DNA from: Abditibacterium sp.
GTDB lineage: Bacteria > Armatimonadota > Abditibacteriia > Abditibacteriales > Abditibacteriaceae
Direction: 5' to 3'
Assembly: GCA_965199495.1 (NCBI GenBank)
Contig: CBDASK010000003.1
Coordinates: 3,616,001 to 3,680,000, forward strand
Length of the DNA stretch: 64,000 nucleotides
A program made the position numbers and the translations under genes. The notes below the pieces were generated by a model. That model saw only the letters and a program-made list of their open reading frames with translations, had not been told where the DNA came from and made no database searches. Shown here piece after piece: positions 1 through 10,043 of this stretch. Within the stretch, counting starts at the first letter, position 1; each line of letters opens with the position of its first letter.

Positions 1-102
1 GATGTTGGTGATGTCGGTTGAGGTCGCGCGATTCTGGGCGTGAGCCGCAAAGCCGACCGCGCCCAGCGCGGCGAGCGCGATCAAAGAAGTTTTGGAGTGC
101 AT
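1..102 (-). CDS. N-terminus of a secreted protein (partial, continues off the left edge)
   Basis: ATG at 102 reads MHSKTSLIALAALGAVGFAAHAQNRATSTDITNI: signal peptide with AHA|Q cleavage motif, open to base 1. Confidence 0.7.
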   Translation of the reverse strand, partial: MHSKTSLIALAALGAVGFAAHAQNRATSTDITNI

Positions 103-272
103 TGGAATGAACGGAAGATGAGACATCGCGGCGCCGCTCGCGGTGCGTGGCATTCGCGAATAGCTCTCCGATGGCTCACCCTTTTAAAAGTGAAGGGCTG
201 TGACGAGTTCCCGTTGGAAATTGTTGTGGCTTATTTTATCAAAACCGGCGAATGTAGTTATAAGATTCTGGT

Positions 273-433
273 GTGAACAAGATTTTAACCACAAAAACAC
301 AGAACTCACAAAGGGCACAAAAAGATCAAAAAGGTGAGAAGAACTCTCTTTGCAGAATGGTCTTTCTTCAAAGCCTTTTGATCTTTTTGTGCCCTTTGTG
401 AATTCTGTGTTTTTGTGGTTAATTCTTGTTCAC
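273..433. repeat. Long imperfect inverted repeat, 'CCAC(A/G)AAA..CACAAAA' family
   Basis: Arms 273-334 (gtgaacaagattttaaccacaaaaacacagaactcacaaagggcacaaaaagatc..) and 374-433 are near-perfect reverse complements. Confidence 0.9.
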
Positions 434-443
434 GTCCCATCAC

Positions 444-1724
444 TCAAATTTGCTGCGCCGCCGCCAAAGCCGTTTCGTAAACCTCGCGCGCCGAAACGTT
501 GTTTTCTGACGCCCGTGCTTTGACATCTTCCCATTCGGGATGCGCGCGCCGCACATTGCCTTCTGCCCACGCGACGACTTTGACGCGAATGGGGCCAAAT
601 TTCGTCTCAATTGTCTCAATCGAACGCGGTAGCGCCGCGCGCTCGACAACAGATGCGCGCACGCCGATGGTCGTGGTATGACGTGTAATCGCGCTCAAAA
701 CCGCGTCGCGCGCGTCCGCCAAACACAGCGCGCACAATTGTTGCGCGGGCCGACCTTTTTTCATATGGATGGGAATTGTCCAAACATCGAGCGCGCCCGC
801 GTCGAATAATGCGGCGAACACGGCTTCCCATAATTGCGGGTTCATATCGTCAATATTGGTTTCAAGCAGCGACAAAGTCGTCCATTCCAAACCTTTTAAT
901 TTTTCTGTTGCGCTCAGTTCTCCGATAAATACGCGCAATAAATTGGGCTGCTCGCCCCACATTTCTTTGGTGCCCGCGCCCATGCCGATGGTTTCCATCT
1001 GCATCGCCGGAGCCGGGCCGTAATTTTGGCACAACGCGGCCAAAATGCCCGCGCCGGTTGGCGTCACGAGTTCGCCTACGATGTCGGTCGGCGTCCACGG
1101 CGCGCCTTTGAGAATTTCCAGCGTCGCCGGAGCGGGAATCGGCATCAATCCATGTGCGCATTTCACCGTTCCGCTCGACATCGGCAGCGCCGACGCGTAA
1201 ACCGCTTCGATGCCCAAATAATCCAGACACCAGGCCACGCCGACGATGTCGAGCAGCGAGTCTAAGCCGCCGATTTCGTGAAAATGCACTTCGTCGGGCG
1301 TCGAATGATGAATCTTCGCCTCGGCCCGCGCGACCTCGCCAAAAATCGCGAGGGCTTTGGCTTTCACGTTTGGGTTCAGCGAACTGCTTTCGATAATCTC
1401 GCGAATCTCGGTCATCGAACGCCCGTGATGATGTTGGTGCGAATGCTCGTCTTCCTCGTCGCCGTGGCTGTGATGCTCGCCGTGATGATGTTCGTGCGAA
1501 TGCGCCAGTTCGTCGGCGTCGCTGATGCCGCCTTCGGTGATGCTGACTTTGACGCCGTGAATGCCGCTGCGCATTACATCGTGGGCACGAATGTCCCAAT
1601 TTTCGACGGCGAGCGAAGCCAGATCGGTTTTGAGTTGGTCGAGCGGCGCGCCGCAATCGAGTAACGCGGCCAAAGCCATATCGCCCGCGATGCCGGTGAA
1701 ACAATCGAAATACGCGATTTTCAT
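444..1724 (-). CDS. larC: Nickel-pincer cofactor nickel insertase LarC
   Basis: MKIAYFDCFTGIAGDM, EVHFHEIG, ELVTPTGA, LETNIDDM, MKKGRP motifs; His-rich insert. Confidence 0.95.
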   Translation of the reverse strand: MKIAYFDCFTGIAGDMALAALLDCGAPLDQLKTDLASLAVENWDIRAHDVMRSGIHGVKVSITEGGISDADELAHSHEHHHGEHHSHGDEEDEHSHQHHHGRSMTEIREIIESSSLNPNVKAKALAIFGEVARAEAKIHHSTPDEVHFHEIGGLDSLLDIVGVAWCLDYLGIEAVYASALPMSSGTVKCAHGLMPIPAPATLEILKGAPWTPTDIVGELVTPTGAGILAALCQNYGPAPAMQMETIGMGAGTKEMWGEQPNLLRVFIGELSATEKLKGLEWTTLSLLETNIDDMNPQLWEAVFAALFDAGALDVWTIPIHMKKGRPAQQLCALCLADARDAVLSAITRHTTTIGVRASVVERAALPRSIETIETKFGPIRVKVVAWAEGNVRRAHPEWEDVKARASENNVSAREVYETALAAAQQI

Positions 1725-1736
1725 GATTTTATTTTA

Positions 1737-1830
1737 GCCGCGAAAAAGCACAAAAAATATAAAAGTTTGGAAGCGCGACCTAAACGCGCGACGCCTTCGA
1801 CTTTTTGTATCTTTTGTGCCTTTTCGTGGC
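1737..1830. repeat. Inverted repeat, 'CCAC(A/G)AAA..CACAAAA' family
   Basis: gccgcgaaaaagcacaaaaaatataaaagt / actttttgtatcttttgtgccttttcgtggc. Confidence 0.8.
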
Positions 1831-1838
1831 CAATAGAA

Positions 1839-2588
1839 TTACTTCCTGCCCCGCAACATCGAAGCCACGAACGCCGCCGCGCCAAAGCCGTTGTCTATAT
1901 TGACAACCGCCACTCCGCTCGCGCAGGTATTGAGCATACCGAGCAATGCAGCCACGCCGCCAAAGGCGGCGCCGTAGCCGACGCTGGTCGGCACCGCCAC
2001 AACCGGCACGCTGACCAAACCGGCGACGACCGAAGGTAACGCGCCTTCCATTCCGGCAGCGACAATTAAGGCGTCGCACTCGCGAATTTCGTCCATGCGA
2101 TTGAGCAACCGATGCAAACCCGCGACGCCGACATCGCTTAAACGCGTGACTTCAACGCCCATCGCTTGCAAACACAACGCGGCTTCATCGGCGACGGGCA
2201 AATCCGACGTGCCAGCGCACAAAACGCCCGCGCGGCCTTGAAGTTTGGGCGTTTTGCCATCCACGATGATTAAACGCGCCAATTCTTCATAGCGCGCGGC
2301 GGGCACGAGTTTTTTCGTCGCCTCGAACGCCTCCAAACTGGCGCGCGTGACCAAAACGATGTCGCCGCTTTGGCTGAGATTCTCAACGATTTGCGCGATT
2401 TGTTCGGGCGTTTTTCCGGCGCCAAACACGACTTCGGGAAAGCCCTGACGCAGCGCGCGGTGATGGTCAACAGTGGCGAATCCCAAATCTTGAAACGGCA
2501 AATCGCGCAGTTGAGTTATTGCGTCTTCGACGGGCAAATTTTGGTTCTGGACTTGTTCGAGCAATTGACGCAGTGAATCGGGAGACAT
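1839..2588 (-). CDS. larB: Nickel-pincer cofactor biosynthesis protein LarB (PurE-like)
   Basis: DHHRALRQGFPEVVFGAGKT, AGTSDLPVA, DVGVAGLHR, AGMEGALPSVV, VVNIDNGFGAA; start moved to ATG 2588 (MSPDSL). Confidence 0.95.
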   Translation of the reverse strand: MSPDSLRQLLEQVQNQNLPVEDAITQLRDLPFQDLGFATVDHHRALRQGFPEVVFGAGKTPEQIAQIVENLSQSGDIVLVTRASLEAFEATKKLVPAARYEELARLIIVDGKTPKLQGRAGVLCAGTSDLPVADEAALCLQAMGVEVTRLSDVGVAGLHRLLNRMDEIRECDALIVAAGMEGALPSVVAGLVSVPVVAVPTSVGYGAAFGGVAALLGMLNTCASGVAVVNIDNGFGAAAFVASMLRGRK

Positions 2589-2593
2589 GGGGA

Positions 2594-2623
2594 AAGGCTG
2601 AAGGATTAAGGCTGAAGGCTGAA
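2594..2623. repeat. Heptamer tandem repeat (AAGGCTG/AAGGATT)x4
   Basis: aaggctg aaggatt aaggctg aaggctg; same unit as at 16587. Confidence 0.7.
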
Positions 2624-2757
2624 AATGTCGGGGTGAAATTTTTGGCTGAACAACAAATTTTAGCAGTTGTGCCTTGCAGCGTCTCGCGTATTTGGGTAAT
2701 ATCTGTCGGGCCGCTTCGATTCTTCCTCGGAATTTGGCGCGGCCTCTTGATTCGATC

Positions 2758-3126
2758 ATGGGAACTTTTCTGCTCGTTTTGCAAATTATCACCGCCTTGG
2801 TGTTCATCGTCTTGATGGCGGTGCAGACCGACAAAGCCGAAGCTGGCGGCGTCATGGGTTTGGGCGGGCAGGGCGGTCGCGTGGGCGAAGAAGTGGATAT
2901 GCCGGTTGGTGCCGAACGTATTCTCAAGCCGCTTTCCAAGTGGACAGCGATTGGGTTTTTGTTTCTTTCGATTTTGGCCGCAATGAACGGTGAAATCGTG
3001 GCGACCAGCAAAGGCGCGCAATCTTTGCCGTTCTGGGTTTTGCTCGTCGGCGTGTTGCTTTACTTATTCATCATGCTCGTCGGGGATCGGATATGGAAAG
3101 GTTTTACCGGCGTTTTCGGCAGCTAA
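2758..3126 (+). CDS. secG: Preprotein translocase subunit SecG
   Basis: TM1 ending 'LMAVQ', Gly-rich loop, 'ERILKPLSKWTAIGF' before TM2; directly upstream of tRNA-Leu(GAG), the conserved secG-leuU arrangement. Confidence 0.8.
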   Translation: MGTFLLVLQIITALVFIVLMAVQTDKAEAGGVMGLGGQGGRVGEEVDMPVGAERILKPLSKWTAIGFLFLSILAAMNGEIVATSKGAQSLPFWVLLVGVLLYLFIMLVGDRIWKGFTGVFGS

Positions 3127-3158
3127 CTCGGAATAATTTGGGTAATTAAACAGTCCAC

Positions 3159-3241
3159 GTCGCAGTGGCGAAATGGCAGACGCGTCAGCTTGAGGGGCTG
3201 GTGCCCGCAAGGGCGTGGAGGTTCGAGTCCTCTCTGCGACA
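3159..3241 (+). tRNA. tRNA-Leu (anticodon GAG), long variable arm, CCA not encoded
   Basis: Acceptor GTCGCAG/CTGCGAC; D-loop TGGC; anticodon arm TCAGC-TTGAGGG-GCTGG; variable arm GCCCGCAAGGGC; T-loop GTTCGAGTC. Confidence 0.97.
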
Positions 3242-3247
3242 AACACG

Positions 3248-3290
3248 AAAAACTCCCGTTGACTTTTCAGTCAACGGGAGTTTTTTCTTT
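3248..3290 (+). terminator. Rho-independent terminator after secG-tRNA
   Basis: aaaaactcccgttgac-tttca-gtcaacgggagtttttt. Confidence 0.9.
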
Positions 3291-3326
3291 GCGCGCGGCA
3301 TCTGTTTTGAAGCGTCTGGCTTCACC

Positions 3327-4094
3327 ATGAGAAAAGTTTTAGTCGCTCTCGCCCTCGTCGGCGCCTCTTCCGTTCCGCTCGGCGTCTTCGTCGCCGTCAA
3401 CGCGCAAGGCGAAGCCAAAAGTCAACCTTCAACGCCCAAACTCGAACGCAAAACCGCGCAACCGTGGACGGGCAGTCCGTTGGAATTTGAATATGCCAAC
3501 CGCGACCAAACCCTGAAAATCCCGCAGGTTTTTCGCGCCCTAAAGATCGGCAAAGGCAGCCACGTCGCCGACGTTGGTGCGGGCGGTGGCTGGCTTTCGA
3601 CGCGATTGGCGCGTCAAGTTGGGCCAAAAGGCGTCGTTTATGCCGAAGAGATTTTGCCGCGCTATGTCGAATTTTTGCAACAACGCGCGCGCCGCGAAAA
3701 ATTACCGCAGATGAAAACTGTGCTGGGCACGACTTCCGACCCGAAACTGCCGCACAATTTGGACGCCGTGATGATTCTCAACGCCTATCACGAATTCGAT
3801 GAACCGCTCGAAATGCTGGGCAAAATCAAATCTTCGATGAAGCCGGGCGCGCGTCTGGGCTTCATCGAGCGCGACGATCTCGAACTGCGCGCGGAAGCCG
3901 AACTGGCCTATCGCCAAACCGGAAAGATCAAACGGCGCGTGACCGAGCGTGATGACGGCAATCCCATCACAGACGATCATCGTTTGGCGTTGCCAATCGT
4001 CGAACGTGAAGCCGCCGAAGTTGGCTTCAAAAAAGTGAGTTCGATGCAATTGGGCGAAGACAAATATCTGCTCGTCGTCGAAAAAGTGCGTTAG
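3327..4094 (+). CDS. Class I SAM-dependent methyltransferase with N-terminal signal peptide
   Basis: VADVGAGGG motif I, 'NAYHEFDEP'; MRKVLVALALVGASS..VNA|Q leader. Confidence 0.85.
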   Translation: MRKVLVALALVGASSVPLGVFVAVNAQGEAKSQPSTPKLERKTAQPWTGSPLEFEYANRDQTLKIPQVFRALKIGKGSHVADVGAGGGWLSTRLARQVGPKGVVYAEEILPRYVEFLQQRARREKLPQMKTVLGTTSDPKLPHNLDAVMILNAYHEFDEPLEMLGKIKSSMKPGARLGFIERDDLELRAEAELAYRQTGKIKRRVTERDDGNPITDDHRLALPIVEREAAEVGFKKVSSMQLGEDKYLLVVEKVR

Positions 4095-4150
4095 ACGAAT
4101 CCCTAATGTTAGCCACAGGAGTTATTGTGCGATGAAGCAACTGTAGCGTT

Positions 4151-4505
4151 TAGCGGGGCTAACGCCTCCTTCCAATCGAGCGAAGTTCCTCGCACGTCCG
4201 CCCGATTGGAAGAGGGCGTCAGCCCAAGGGCGAACGCACTACAACAGTTATAAATTTCCCTTCTGTCATTCTGAGCCGGGTGCCCCTTGGGCGTGAGGCA
4301 CGAACGAAGTCGAAGAATCCACGACTTTGGGCGAAGTGAAAGCGAAGTCAACGGGCAACCTATGAATTCTTCGACTTCATTCGTGCCTCACGCCCAAGGG
4401 GCACCCCGGTCAGAATGACAAATTTAGTTTTATCATCTGTTATGATACGTTGTCGAAAAGCTAATTACTGTTGTAGTGCGTTTGCCCTTGGCGTCAGCCC
4501 CGCTA
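4151..4505. repeat. Composite palindromic region: family-B palindrome (4155-4225) plus an outer inverted pair (4224-4248/4467-4491) enclosing a family-A element
   Basis: ggggctaacgcctccttccaatcg/cgattggaagagggcgtcagccc; ccaagggcgaacgcactacaacagt/actgttgtagtgcgtttgcccttgg. Confidence 0.8.
4264..4420. mobile_element. Family-A1 MITE/REPIN-like palindrome (TGTCATTCTGAG...CAGAATGACA)
   Basis: About 57-bp arms with cgaacgaagtcgaagaatcc core; spacer contains gcgaagtcaac, homologous to other copies. Confidence 0.85.
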
Positions 4506-4581
4506 TCAAAGCCACGAGCAAAGTCCGGTTTAGACAATCAAAGTGCTAAAGCCAAGTAGCGCCGAACAAATTCGAGCGCAC

Positions 4582-5835
4582 TCAAAAAGAGATGGCTGAA
4601 CCTTTTTCGCCGAAATGATTTTCCTCGGAAATCTTTGAGTTTTGTTTCGCGATCAAGGATTCGTTGAGCGCGCTTTGGATCGCCAGATTTTCGGCTCTGG
4701 CGATCCAAACCAAAAATAAAAGCGATAACACCATCGCCCCGGCCATCAAAGTGCGTGCGGCTAATCCGGGGAGCGATTGCTCGAAAAACCAGTTCGGCGG
4801 AAGAATCATCAGCGCGACGAAGGTGATTACAAGCCCTCGCGCGCAAACGCGTTGCGCGCTTGGAGCCGCGTTCAGCGCGATTTGGAGCAAAAGCAACATC
4901 GGAATAGCCAGTAACATATCGTCATAGATATTATGATACGTCCAGAGGCGCGCGACCAAGGCGGTGATGCTGAGCAGCAAAAGCCGGTCGAGATGCCGGT
5001 GCCGATACGTCCAATAGCCCAACCAGAGCCATATCACCAGTGAAAGCGGATTGCTCCATTGTTTGATGCCGAGGGCTTCCGCCCATGCGCGCAAATTGGC
5101 GTAGCCTTCGCTGAGATGCGCCCCATCACGATTGACCGTTTGCGCCCACAAAGTCACTTCGTGCGTGGCGTTGTGTTGAAACCACAGCGCAACTAACGTC
5201 AAAATCGCATAGCCAACGATCACGCCCAATCCCAGGCGAAGCCGCATGGGTTTCCACAAAACCAACCACAGAAATGGCGCCGCGACGCTGGGTTTGGCGA
5301 GAGCGAAAAGCAAGAGAGCGCCCGCCAAAACTTCGCGTTGCCAGCCGAGTTTTTGGTCGGGCGGCGGATGAAGCAAAAACATCGCGCCCACGATGGCGGC
5401 CATCGAAAGTGGCACCAACTGGCCCAGCCAGACCGCCGCCGAAGTCGCCGTCAGCGAGAGAAAAACCATCGCCGCGAACCAGCGCGCCGAATGCGAGGCA
5501 ATCGCCTGATGACGCGCGCACAGCGTCGCCATCCAGCCCAGAGTTGCCGCGTAAAGTAACGTCCACAACCAACTCGCGTGCGCCAACGAAAGCCAGCCCA
5601 AGAGCGGCCACAGCAAAACATAACTGGCGGGCGGGTAGGTCGAACTCTGATACGCGTAAAGTTCTTGCCCGCTAAACCAACGCTCGACCGCGACCGCACG
5701 CGAGCCTAAATCGAGTGCCGAACCTGCCCAAAGGTGCTGAAACACAAAGGCCAGCCGCGTGGCTGCAATGTAGGCCAACAACAGCGTGAGCGCATAAAAA
5801 GTCAGGCGTCGGGCGGACAGAGGAAATGCGGGCAA
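4582..5835 (-). CDS. GT-C fold membrane glycosyltransferase (GT87/DUF2029-like)
   Basis: 'STYPPASYVLLWPL', 'LGQL', 'LAKPS', 'YHNIYD'; about 10 TM helices. Confidence 0.75.
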   Translation of the reverse strand: MPAFPLSARRLTFYALTLLLAYIAATRLAFVFQHLWAGSALDLGSRAVAVERWFSGQELYAYQSSTYPPASYVLLWPLLGWLSLAHASWLWTLLYAATLGWMATLCARHQAIASHSARWFAAMVFLSLTATSAAVWLGQLVPLSMAAIVGAMFLLHPPPDQKLGWQREVLAGALLLFALAKPSVAAPFLWLVLWKPMRLRLGLGVIVGYAILTLVALWFQHNATHEVTLWAQTVNRDGAHLSEGYANLRAWAEALGIKQWSNPLSLVIWLWLGYWTYRHRHLDRLLLLSITALVARLWTYHNIYDDMLLAIPMLLLLQIALNAAPSAQRVCARGLVITFVALMILPPNWFFEQSLPGLAARTLMAGAMVLSLLFLVWIARAENLAIQSALNESLIAKQNSKISEENHFGEKGSAISF

Positions 5836-5856
5836 GAGAAATCAGGGAAATTGAGC

Positions 5857-6708
5857 TTATTGCGGGCTGGCAATCGGCGGCGGCGGGAAGTTGGGACGTG
5901 CCATGTCGCCTTCGCTGCGGCCTACGCCAAACAGGTTGCGATAAGTCAGGGCAATCGCGATTTGCGTTAGCGGATACGTCACCAAAAGACCCAGACCACA
6001 CGCGCAGAGGCCCGCAAGGTTAATCAGGCCCAACACGAAAAAGAGCAGGAATAGCGCGCCCAGATGCGGTTTGCAGGCTTCCCACGAACGCTTGATCGAA
6101 TCAATCGCATCGGCTTTTTGGTCAACGAGAAGCGGTGTATACATCGAGAACCCCAGCGCCATAATAACGCCGGGAATGATACACGCGATAAACCCCAGCC
6201 CCGTCGCGAGACTAACCAAAATGCCCGCGACGAGAATCGGCGCGATGATGTCGGTGATGTCGAAGAGTTTGGCGATTTCGGCTTGGCCGCTACGCACTTG
6301 GTGAATCGCCATTTTCATCAGGCCCGCATTGGCCAACAGACCAATAGCGAAACCCGCGATAGAAATGATGATCGAAAGCAGCGTCACGACAGCCGATGGC
6401 TCCCGCCCACCCGCCGCGCTAATGACAGTACTTATGCCGTTTAAGGCGCCGGTAGCGGCGCCGTAAATCAGCATGGCGACGATCCACATACCGATTTGCG
6501 GTTGCAACAGTTGCCACGCTTGCCCGATAACATCGGTGTTGACGGTTGCCGTTGCGGGCGCGGGCACGCCCGTCGGCGGCAACGGCGGCGAGTTTGGCGG
6601 CTGGTAAGGATTGCTCGGCGGCGGTGGCTGCATTGAGGGTGGCGTCGGCTCTTTCGAGAGATTGAGCGGATCGTTGGGAGTGGGATTGTTGGGATCGTTG
6701 TTTTGCAT
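5857..6708 (-). CDS. Proline-rich integral membrane protein
   Basis: Pro-rich N-tail, 5-6 TM helices, 'AIDSIKRSW', 'CGLGLLVTYP..AYR' pattern. Confidence 0.8.
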   Translation of the reverse strand: MQNNDPNNPTPNDPLNLSKEPTPPSMQPPPPSNPYQPPNSPPLPPTGVPAPATATVNTDVIGQAWQLLQPQIGMWIVAMLIYGAATGALNGISTVISAAGGREPSAVVTLLSIIISIAGFAIGLLANAGLMKMAIHQVRSGQAEIAKLFDITDIIAPILVAGILVSLATGLGFIACIIPGVIMALGFSMYTPLLVDQKADAIDSIKRSWEACKPHLGALFLLFFVLGLINLAGLCACGLGLLVTYPLTQIAIALTYRNLFGVGRSEGDMARPNFPPPPIASPQ

Positions 6709-6782
6709 GAGAGAAAAAGTTGAGGCTCAGAAACTGCGTTCTTCAACGTCTATTTCTGAGCCTCGGTCAAAACGGCTTGAAG

Positions 6783-7025
6783 TTAGTGAACGGGCACGCC
6801 GCCGCCCGCGCCAATGCCCAGCGCAAAGCGTCCGATGATGCCCAGCACCAACAGCACTGTGCCAATAATAGCGATGATGCGCGCAATGTTCGCGTTGCTC
6901 AGGTCGTCGGCGGGCAAAGTTCCAGTTGTAATGGCCTGATTGCTCAGATACCACGTTACGGGTGACAGAATTTGGCAACAGATCAAGCCGAAGATGCTCA
7001 TTCCCAACAAAGTTTTTCCATTCAT
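6783..7025 (-). CDS. Small two-TM membrane protein (DUF4190-like)
   Basis: 'GLICCQILSPV..ARIIAIIG'; GGAG SD about 10 nt upstream. Confidence 0.7.
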   Translation of the reverse strand: MNGKTLLGMSIFGLICCQILSPVTWYLSNQAITTGTLPADDLSNANIARIIAIIGTVLLVLGIIGRFALGIGAGGGVPVH

Positions 7026-7177
7026 AATTGATTAGCTCCCCAAGGTGGATGCTGCTCGCAAATTACTCAAATGTAAGATGCGAAACAGTCTGTCACCAAT
7101 TTTACCACGCATTTCTTGTCAAGTGTTAAATTTGCCTCCGAAATTATTAAATTATCTGAGAATCTTTTCAATCCCCC

Positions 7178-7206
7178 TTGACTTGAACCCAAATCCCCTT
7201 TAGAAT
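7178..7206 (+). promoter_or_regulatory. Sigma70-type promoter of groESL
   Basis: TTGACT (7178-7183) -17 bp- TAGAAT (7201-7206). Confidence 0.8.
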
Positions 7207-7220
7207 AATCCCTTGGCAAA

Positions 7221-7247
7221 TTAGCACTCTCGCTCCGAGAGTGCCAG
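7221..7247 (+). promoter_or_regulatory. CIRCE operator (HrcA binding site)
   Basis: TTAGCACTC-N9-GAGTGCCAG versus consensus TTAGCACTC-N9-GAGTGCTAA, upstream of groES. Confidence 0.93.
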
Positions 7248-7306
7248 AAAATGTCCGCTCTGTTTCATCCGAAGCGGCGCGAGAATCTCAAGGAGAAACT
7301 TAAAAT

Positions 7307-7600
7307 ATGGCAACTATTAAACCGTTGGCCGACAAAGTGTTGGTCAAACCCAGCCAGTCCGGCGAAATGACCAAAGGCGGCATCGCCTTGCCCGAAAGCG
7401 CCAAAGAGCGCCCGCAGGAAGGCACCGTTATCAGCGTCGGCCCAGGCCGCACGCTCGACTCGGGCGAAAAAACGTCGGTTTCAGTGAAAGAGGGCGATGT
7501 CGTCATCTACTCGAAATACGGCGGCACCGAAATCAAAGAAGACGGCGTCGAGTATCTGATTCTCGATGAATCGAGCTTGCTCGCCGTTAAAGAAGGTTAG
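7307..7600 (+). CDS. groES: Co-chaperonin GroES
   Basis: [24 protein letters not shown]. Confidence 0.98.
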   Translation: MATIKPLADKVLVKPSQSGEMTKGGIALPESAKERPQEGTVISVGPGRTLDSGEKTSVSVKEGDVVIYSKYGGTEIKEDGVEYLILDESSLLAVKEG

Positions 7601-7609
7601 GAACACCGA

Positions 7610-9376
<1,767 letters not shown>

Positions 9377-9392
9377 AGTTAGGCCGCAAGGT

Positions 9393-9433
9393 AAAAGCGC
9401 CCCGCATTCCTTATGGATGCGGGGCGCTTTTTT
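9393..9433. terminator. Bidirectional intrinsic terminator after groEL
   Basis: aaaagcgccccgcat..atgcggggcgctttttt. Confidence 0.9.
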
Positions 9434-9437
9434 GTGT

Positions 9438-9881
9438 TTATACTTTCTGCGAATCGGCGGCTGCGTTTTCTAAATCGAATAAATTTTCGCTCAAATTCAA
9501 GCTGTTGTTGCCTGTCTTTGGCCAATCAATCTGAAGTTGCTCTGACGTTTGATGAACTTTGTAGGACAAATGCTCGATTTCAAAAGTAGGTTGCACTTCT
9601 ATCGTTTTGCGAGTGTGAATATGCGGTTCCAATCGTTTAATGCCAGTTAAGACAATCCAGCCCGGCGATGTGGAAGCCCAATGAAAAAAGTTGATTTCCC
9701 ATGTGTAATCGTTAGAAACTTTGAGCCATCCATTGCCATCCGATTTGAAAACTAAAGTCGCCGCCGAGTCGGGGATAAAATGATATTCGGTTCGAGTTGT
9801 CCAAACACCGACGAGAATTGATTCATTTCGCATGACGTGAAGTTTCCACGAATCGTCAAAGTTGAGGAAACGCTGACTCAC
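9438..9881 (-). CDS. Hypothetical protein, AT-richer than its neighbours (start uncertain)
   Basis: 147-codon ORF; candidate GTG start lies inside the left arm of the adjacent palindrome. Confidence 0.55.
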   Translation of the reverse strand: MSQRFLNFDDSWKLHVMRNESILVGVWTTRTEYHFIPDSAATLVFKSDGNGWLKVSNDYTWEINFFHWASTSPGWIVLTGIKRLEPHIHTRKTIEVQPTFEIEHLSYKVHQTSEQLQIDWPKTGNNSLNLSENLFDLENAAADSQKV

Positions 9882-10034
9882 ACCCCCACTGCCTTCGGCA
9901 TCTCCCCCTCCGGGAGGGGAAGAATGCCTCAGTGACTTTCGCCGCTTCGCATGAACTAAGTCAGTTCTGAAACCTGATGAGGCATTCTTCCCCTCTCGGA
10001 GGGGGAGATGCCGAAGGCAGTGGGGGTGGGAGTC
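9875..10034. repeat. Family-D palindrome (CCCCCTCC/CCCTCTCCC-type), 57-bp arms
   Basis: Arms 9875-9931 and 9978-10034 differ at 2 positions; each arm has internal hairpins (gccttcggc; ccctcc-g-ggaggg). Confidence 0.9.
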
Positions 10035-10043
10035 GTAATCTCG

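Noticed and set aside
2589..3011. Long 5' extensions of larB (also groEL, the ECF sigma, rsmD, the TPR lipoprotein and the 25564 gene)
   Set aside because: They run through repeats or opposite-strand genes; family homology starts at the downstream Met.
3165..3326. N-terminal extension of the methyltransferase ORF
   Set aside because: It overlaps tRNA-Leu and its terminator; the ATG at 3327 starts a proper signal peptide.
3159..4600. tRNA-Leu as a genomic-island attachment site
   Set aside because: No integrase and no duplicated tRNA 3' end seen in the window.
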